Assembly (NCBI GenBank): GCA_965233585.1
Contig: CBDDTI010000273.1
Location: forward strand, 1-17,204
DNA: 17,204 nucleotides
Direction: 5' to 3'
Source: a bacterium
GTDB lineage: Bacteria; SAR324; NAC60-12
Notes under the pieces: generated by a model
Seen by the model: only the letters and a program-made list of their open reading frames with translations
Told to the model about the DNA's origin: nothing
Databases searched by the model: none
Part shown: positions 11,649 to 17,204 of the stretch, piece after piece
Position numbering within the stretch: position 1 is the first letter of the stretch
Layout of the letters: every line of letters begins with the position of its first letter
Position numbers and translations under genes: made by a program

Positions 11649-11734
11649 GTGAACGAGAGGCTGAAAAATATACTTTTTATTATCACGCATCACATTTTAT
11701 ATCGCATATTCTATTTTTCAAGAAAGCTCAGTGA

Positions 11735-12633
11735 TCAGATGTTATAGTGTGTCATGAGTTCTGTATGAATGCGTTTGATCATGTCTTCGGAAAGATCCTT
11801 GGCAAAATGCAACTGACAGTAAAACTTGAGGGTGGTGTCCTGGGCAAAATGGGTTCCTCCAAAACGATACTCAGGTTTTTTGTCACCATTGATGCGATGA
11901 AACGGTCTATTGTCTGTGTGCGAGAAAACCAACACTGAGTTCAGGTGAATGGCAAAGACTCCTTCTGAATTTCTTGATAAGCTCAGCACATACTTCTGAC
12001 CGGCGATTTGTTGGATATGTGACACTGACTTTCCCAAGGCCGAGGTTAGCTTTGGTGCTGCAGTGGCGTTATCGAAAACAACATGATTGGGGGAGAATGG
12101 TGGCGCAACATGTTTACCAAATACTGATGTTGTGTTGGCAATGTGGAAATACAGGGCATCCCCACCAAATCCGGTGAATTCATAGCCAAATCTGATATGT
12201 ACAGGTGTAAAAGAGAGGTTTGTAACAATGGGGTCGTTTGCTTCACAGACTTGAAATATGGCAAACGCTTTGTTGTTTTCGAAAAAGTTATCCATTTCAT
12301 CCCTGATCAACATGTCTCTGTTTCTTCCAAGAATCGCTGTTGATTATCTTTGGACAGAAGGAGCTTCTCCGTGGAGATGGTTTTGCCTGTAAAGTCCAAT
12401 AGGTTTCTTATCCTGTAATTATCTTTACTCGTCCTTTCGATCGACTGGAATCTGCTCGGGTGAACGTAAACGTAATAGTACGCATTCTGAGCAATGTAAG
12501 GGAGAAGGTGGAATGGATCTGACGGACCCGGCTCTCCTCGCAAACCGCTTTTTCCTCTGTCTCCACGTTCACCTTTCGATCCACGCTCTCCTCGATCGCC
12601 CTTTGGGCCTTTCATTTTCCTCACTCTCGTCAC
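11735..12633 (-). pseudogene. Collagen-stalk plus LamG/concanavalin-like head fibre/spike protein, split by one frameshift
   Basis: ORF 12307-12633 has 10 G-X-Y triplets (GPKGDRGERGSKGERGDRGKSGLRGEPGPS). ORF 11735-12313 ends in a LamG-like motif (IHLNSV...RFGG...LSEDMIKRIHTELMTHYNI). The downstream frame is open back to ~12343 (STAILGRNRDM), so a single-base indel joins them. Confidence 0.65.
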
Positions 12634-12666
12634 GTCTTCTTTCAGCTGTTCAGATACGGCTGCTTT

Positions 12667-12815
12667 GTCGTAAATGGGTAAAACGTTGTCTGTGTTGATG
12701 ATGATAAACTGTCCATGTTCATATTGGATAACAGGTCGTAGCTAGACACTCCACGAAATCCGTGTACACCTCTCAATGCCTGTTCGATATCTTCGTTGCC
12801 CAGTGGGGTGTTCAT
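12667..12815 (-). pseudogene. N-terminal fragment of adenain-like (Polinton PRO) cysteine protease
   Basis: Manual translation from ATG 12815 gives MNTPLGNEDIEQALRGVHGFRGVSSYDLLSN/(1-nt shift)/EHGQFIIINTDNVLPIYD. This matches the F-x-G-V...D-x-L-P...IINTD pattern. The catalytic G-x-H-W is absent. Confidence 0.7.
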
Positions 12816-12823
12816 TGTTACTA

Positions 12824-13642
12824 TTAGGAGAGGGATTTTCCTTCTAGAATAGCCAACACTTTTGGGTGAGATTGACTGTGATTTCTAAAAATAGCCTGTA
12901 CAAAGTCGGTATCATTTATCATCTTCTCTTGCAATCCACGCATGAAATGCTGAACATTGATGAATTTGGATTCTGATGTTTTCGTGTACGTTTCACTAAG
13001 CTGTTGCAGTCCTGAAAACTTTTGTGTAGCTCTCGGAATAGTTAAACTCCGCTGCTTGATCTGCTCGAGTTTGGTTTTAGATGCAGAATACCGTCTATCT
13101 GATGGAACGATCGTTCGTACCATATTTTCGAATGGATACCTGGACAGATAGGTTCGATTCGTTTCGTTCACCAGCATCTTGTAATCGCACACAATCTGCT
13201 TTTCTACATCGTCTATAATTTCCTCAAGTCGTGCTCTGAAACCAAAACCGGGATCTTCTTGGTAAACCTGTAACAGTTGAGGTCTGAGCGTGAAGTAGTT
13301 GCTTTTCAAGAATTCTTCGGGTATACCTTTATCAGCCAAAAACCGATGAAAAACGAGCAAAAGAATTCTGTCGAATTCGTTATCCTTCGTAACTTGTAAA
13401 GAGGGAATGGGAGACGTAGGAATTCGATTTTTCTTTCGAACATCTGCAATAGAATCTCTTACTGCTCCGGTGTTGTTGTCATACCCAAGTAGCGAGGATG
13501 ACACCACATTCACAATGGATCGAGGATTGATGAGTTCTGGGTTGTTCTTGAAGTAGCGCTCGTACAGACCCTTGATGCGAGGATCTTTCTGCAACTTAAC
13601 AATAGATGATCTGCTCAGTTCGTGGTCAGGTATTCCAGTCAA
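12824..13642 (-). CDS. Unknown viral protein, 272 aa (probably the C-terminal part of a ~355-aa gene)
   Basis: Long intron-less ORF with a TTG start overlapping the upstream stop. It ends 8 nt before the protease ATG and is duplicated at 15860-16599. No motif recognised. Confidence 0.6.
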   Translation of the reverse strand: MTGIPDHELSRSSIVKLQKDPRIKGLYERYFKNNPELINPRSIVNVVSSSLLGYDNNTGAVRDSIADVRKKNRIPTSPIPSLQVTKDNEFDRILLLVFHRFLADKGIPEEFLKSNYFTLRPQLLQVYQEDPGFGFRARLEEIIDDVEKQIVCDYKMLVNETNRTYLSRYPFENMVRTIVPSDRRYSASKTKLEQIKQRSLTIPRATQKFSGLQQLSETYTKTSESKFINVQHFMRGLQEKMINDTDFVQAIFRNHSQSHPKVLAILEGKSLS

Positions 13643-13890
13643 AAACTTTCCTCAAGCCACTGATAAAAAGAGCGGTAATTGTATTGACCGTCTCGCTGTT
13701 TCAATGGAATAGTGCCGATGACTTCCCACGACGATTTGCGTTTTCTGATGATGTGGTGAGGATGCTTGTTCGTAAACTGCAACGTCTTCAATCTTTTCCT
13801 CTTCGGTATGGGGAACGGCATAGATCGATCACCCAACCGCTCCACACGATACGGAAAGTGGTTTTGGAACCGAACGATTAAATGCTCCAT
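13639..13890 (-). CDS. Basic 83-aa viral ORF (probable N-terminus of the above; NLS-like PKRKR, RKRK)
   Basis: ATG at 13890. The stop lies in the run GAAAGTTTTTGA; one extra T would fuse it with the 272-aa ORF. Confidence 0.5.
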   Translation of the reverse strand: MEHLIVRFQNHFPYRVERLGDRSMPFPIPKRKRLKTLQFTNKHPHHIIRKRKSSWEVIGTIPLKQRDGQYNYRSFYQWLEESF

Positions 13891-13910
13891 CTTACTACTA
13901 ATAGGAGGAC

Positions 13911-13993
13911 TTTTTTCGCAGTTTTTTTCGCAGTTTTTTGCGCAGTTTTTTGCGCAGTTTTTTGCGCAGTTTTTTGCGCAGTTTTTGTCGCAG
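13911..13993. repeat. 12-bp minisatellite (T6-7[G]CGCAG) x7
   Basis: CAG ends at 13921, 13933 ... 13993. Confidence 0.95.
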
Positions 13994-14125
13994 ATTCTAA
14001 CTCATTCCCATCCACATCAGCTTAACTTTCCAAGCGTTATGAACTCCTTGACTTCTACCATCACAGTTTATGAAGATTGTGTGAACAATCTATGGCTAAG
14101 ACGAACATTTCACACTCAATCGTTA
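13990..14125 (-). pseudogene. Diverged paralogous copy of the ATPase 3' end
   Basis: Encodes ECEMFVLAIDCSHN/FINCDGRSQGVH vs ATPase NCERPVLAIDCSRNQYFTYCNGTSQAVH. DNA similarity to ~14318-14470 continues past the stop. Confidence 0.75.
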
Positions 14126-14375
14126 TGCATGCGTATGCGTCAGCTGCCACTTTCGTGGTTTGTCTTCATAGGGGTAGTTTAGTCGAGGCGTCAAAGTTCC
14201 AGGCTGCAACCCGAGCATACTCCGCGTGCGCTAACGTGTGTCTGAGCCACGCCGCCTGTGACGTCCTTCATTTCCTTACCCACTAACAATTTTCCAGACT
14301 TCACTGTCGATCAAACTCACAGTTTCCAACCCATTCCCATTCAATCACACGCACACCCGCGTTACTTTCGAAGCA

Positions 14376-15859
14376 TTATTCAAAATGAACTGCTTGACTT
14401 GTACCATTGCAGTAAGTGAAGTATTGATTGCGTGAACAGTCAATGGCTAGAACAGGTCTCTCGCAGTTATCAAGCAGCTTCTCGTATAGCCTGTAAATCA
14501 AATTAGATTTGATACACTTTCCACCGAACAGCGTGTCGATGTAACGCTTGATGTTGGTTTTGTCAGTGAATCGGAATCGATAGAGAAACCTTGTGTTGAT
14601 CTTCATGTCCATCACGTTGTCAAAGCTTTGTGATAGGAAGAAGACGTTCAGTTTGTAATGATGAGTGTACATGGTGAAGAACTTGTAGAGACATTCTCGC
14701 TGGTTTCCATGCTTCAAGCCCATAATGCGTATGTCGTCTATGATAACATAGGATTCAGGTTGGATGCAAGTTTTCTCGATCGATTCTGGCATCACGCTGT
14801 AATGCTTCAAAACCATACCATCTTGTCGATATTCTTCAGGAGATGTGTTTGAAATCACAACCAATCTCTTTTGGTTTGACGATGTGCAGGAGCTTCTTCA
14901 AGAAGAAACCGTTATAATGGAAACCTCCCGACGTGCTCTACCGACACCGCTCTCAATTGAGCTTGCCCAAGATGCACTGACCAAAGTGCAGAGTCACCGA
15001 CATTTGGGAGTCATCTTCTCACACGACCTCCGGTGGAACAATCACGTTGATTTTATACTGAGCAAAGCAACGCGCCTGCTGTCGGTCCTTCGCCGACTGC
15101 GGTCATCATTGGACCAAGAGTCCCTTTCGCACATGTACTTAACCTACATCAGGCCGATCTTGGAGTACGCCTGCACGGCATGGGGTAACCTTGGGACTAC
15201 ACAGGTGGACCGCCTGGAACGCTTTCAAAGGAGAGCAGCCAAAATCATCCTCCGCCGCCCGCTATTTGTGCCCAGTAACCATGATGAACTCCTGGCAACC
15301 ATTGGCTGGCCTTCCCTGGCCTCAAGAAGGAAATACTTCCAGGCAGTTCTTGGATATCGAATGGCTACCAGCAACGTTCCCCAGCACTTGAGAGACTACA
15401 TCCCTCCCAAGCCAACCCACATGCACAACACTAGAAAACCACCTTTCTTCCAACTCCCCACTACGAACACCTCTCTAATGCTTAACTCTCCTCTCTACCA
15501 AGCAGCAGATACTTTCAACTCTCTTCCTGCAGTTCTGCAGTCTGCCTCAAGTCTCACATTCTTTAAAAACGGTGCCGCACTATTCTTACTCACATGCCAA
15601 TGTTCATGCAGTAAGCACACTAGTAAGTAAGTAGACCTCACATCACACATCCTTCCCAATCAATGCCCTTACACTGGCGTCTCGCCATATACAAGGTGTA
15701 ATAAAGATAAAGATAAAGATAAAGAAAGACTTTCCAGCGTTGCTTTGACCGAGAAGTAGAACATTCTGCCTCCCATCCTTTCAACGAGGGATAATTTCCT
15801 CGAACGATGGTTTTGTTGTATATGTTAAACCAGGTACTCTCAGCTTTGGAGAAGAGTTC
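14376..15859 (-). pseudogene. A32/FtsK-HerA-family viral DNA packaging ATPase, interrupted by a LINE
   Basis: Walker A NVLLLGQSNAGKS (GQSNAGKS at 15727-15750) continues after the LINE as FFLKKLLHIVKPK/RLVVIS. Walker B is YVIIDD, followed by the THHYKLNVFFLSQ motif typical of Polinton ATPases. Extra-A frameshifts near 14870 and 15780. Confidence 0.9.
14909..15721 (+). mobile_element. 5'-truncated non-LTR retrotransposon (CR1/L2-type LINE)
   Basis: RT C-terminal motifs HLGV..DLRW..HV, YxxYIRPILEYA..W, LERFQRRAAK, LxxRR, FNSLP; stop at 15630; 3' stem-loop TGGCG-TCT-CGCCA; (ATAAAG)4 tail; 6-bp TSD AAGAAA at 14903-14908 and 15722-15727. Confidence 0.93.
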
Positions 15860-16847
15860 ACAAAGTCGGTATCATTTATCATCTTCTCTTGCAATCCACG
15901 CATGAAATGCTGAACATTGATGAATTTGGATTCTGATGTTTTCGTGTACGTTTCACTAAGCTGTTGCAGTCCTGAAAACTTTTGTGTAGCTCCCGGAATA
16001 GTCAAACTCCACTGCTTGATCTGCTCGAGTTTGGTTTTAGATGCAGAATACCGTCTATCTGATGGAACGATCGTTCGTACCATATCTTCGAATGCATACC
16101 TGGACAGGTAGGTTCGATTCGTTTCGTTCACCAGCATCTTGTAGTCGCGCACAATCTGCTTTTCTACATCGTCTATAATTTCCTCAAGTCGTGCTCTGAA
16201 ACCAAAACCGGGATCTTCTTGGTAAACCTGTAACAGTTGAGGTCTGAGCGTGAAGTAGTTGCTTTTCAAGAATTCTTCGGGTATACCTTTATCAGCCAAA
16301 AACCGATGAAAAACGAGCAAAAGAATTCTATCGAATTCGTTATCCTTCGTAACTTGTAAAGAGGGAATGGTGGACGTAGGAACTCGATTTTTCTTTCGAA
16401 CATCTGCAATAGAATCTCTTACTGCTCCGGTGTTGTTGTCATACCCAAGTAGCGAGGATGACACCATATTCACAATGGATCGAGGATTGATGAGTTCTGA
16501 GTTCTTGAAGTAGCGCTCGTACAGACCCTTGATGCGAGGATCTTTCTGCAACTCAACAATAGATGATCTGCTCAGTTCGTGGTCAGGTATTCCAGTCAAA
16601 AACTTTCCTCAAGCCACTGATAAAAAGAGCGGTAGTTGTTTTGACCGCCTCGCTGTTTCAATGGAATAGTGCCGATGACTTCCCACGACGATTTGCGTTT
16701 TCTGATGATGTGCTGAGGATGCTTGTTCATAAACTGCAATGTCTTCAATCTTTTCCTCTTCGGTATGGGGAACGACATAGATCGATCACCCAACCGCTCC
16801 ACACGATACGGAAGGTGGTTTTGGAACCGAACGATTAAATGCTCCAT
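15781..16847 (-). pseudogene. Second copy of the 83+272-aa ORF pair, C-terminally truncated at the duplication junction
   Basis: Protein matches copy 1 up to INDTDFV, then runs into ATPase 5' DNA. Confidence 0.75.
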
Positions 16848-17202
16848 CTTACTACTAATAGGAGGACTTTTTCGCAGTTTTTTTTCGCAGTTTTTTTGCG
16901 CAGTTTTTTTCGCAGTTTTTTTCGCAGTTTTTTTCGCAGTTTTTTTCGCAGTTTTTTTCGCAGTTTTTTTCGCAGTTTTTTTCGCAGTTTTTTGCACAGT
17001 TTTTTTCGCAGTTTTTTGCGCAGTTTTTTGCGCAGTTTTTTTGCGCAGTTTTTTGCGCAGTTTCTAACTCATTCCCTTCCACATCAGCTTAACTTTCCAA
17101 GCGCTATGAACTCCTTGACTTCTACCATCACAGTTTATGAAGATTGTGTGAACAATCTATGGCTAAGACGGACATTTCACACTCAATCGTTATGCATGCG
17201 TA
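15860..17202. repeat. Near-identical segmental duplicate of 12900-14135 (272-aa ORF, 83-aa ORF, minisatellite, ATPase 3' paralog)
   Basis: Identity begins at ACAAAGTCGGTATC (12900 vs 15860). Differences are scattered substitutions, one 3-nt deletion and minisatellite expansion. Confidence 0.97.
16868..17060. repeat. 12-13-bp minisatellite (T5-8[G]CGCAG) x16
   Basis: Expanded version of 13911-13993. Confidence 0.95.
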
Positions 17203-17204
17203 AG

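Larger units (their letters stand above)
9790..17204. mobile_element. Decayed endogenous Polinton/Maverick/adintovirus-like (Preplasmiviricota) element; left boundary uncertain, continues past window end
   Basis: Dense, intron-less, abutting ORFs encoding an A32-like packaging ATPase, an adenain-like protease fragment, a collagen/LamG-like fibre and a Zn-ribbon protein. Many frameshifts. No pPolB, integrase or capsid recognised in the window. Confidence 0.8.

Noticed and set aside
13893..13898. ACTACT/AGTAGT as a Polinton terminus
   Set aside because: It is internal to the gene block, with no matching TIR or 6-bp TSD.
14845..14908. N-terminus of the 261-aa + ORF
   Set aside because: It is antisense ATPase DNA fortuitously in frame. 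The LINE starts at ~14909 and is 5'-truncated, so this is not a functional RT gene.
16848..17082. Histone H1-like KTAK or NCEK repeat proteins
   Set aside because: These are translations of the minisatellite. The frame shifts within the array and differs from copy 1.

Overview
This is repeat-rich eukaryotic DNA, probably from an invertebrate animal, with no bacterial-type operons. Bases 1-~9100 are host-like non-coding sequence. They contain several MITEs, two Helentron/HINE-like elements, a 1.76-kb Mutator-like element with 55-bp TIRs and a 9-bp TSD, tRNA-derived Pol III heads, microsatellites and a Penelope-type triple hammerhead ribozyme motif. From ~9790 to the end lies a decayed endogenous dsDNA virus of the Polinton/Maverick/adintovirus type. 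It starts with a degenerate telomere-like (CCCTAA) tract and a promoter-like region with tandem DR1 sites. It then carries a TFIIB-like Zn-ribbon gene, a frameshifted collagen plus LamG-like fibre gene, an adenain-like protease fragment missed by the ORF track, an orphan 83+272-aa ORF pair, and an A32/FtsK-type packaging ATPase. The ATPase is split right after its Walker A motif by a 5'-truncated CR1/L2-type LINE. Part of the viral block is tandemly duplicated (12900-14135 vs 15860-17202). All protein calls rest on motifs recognised by eye; no database searches were run.
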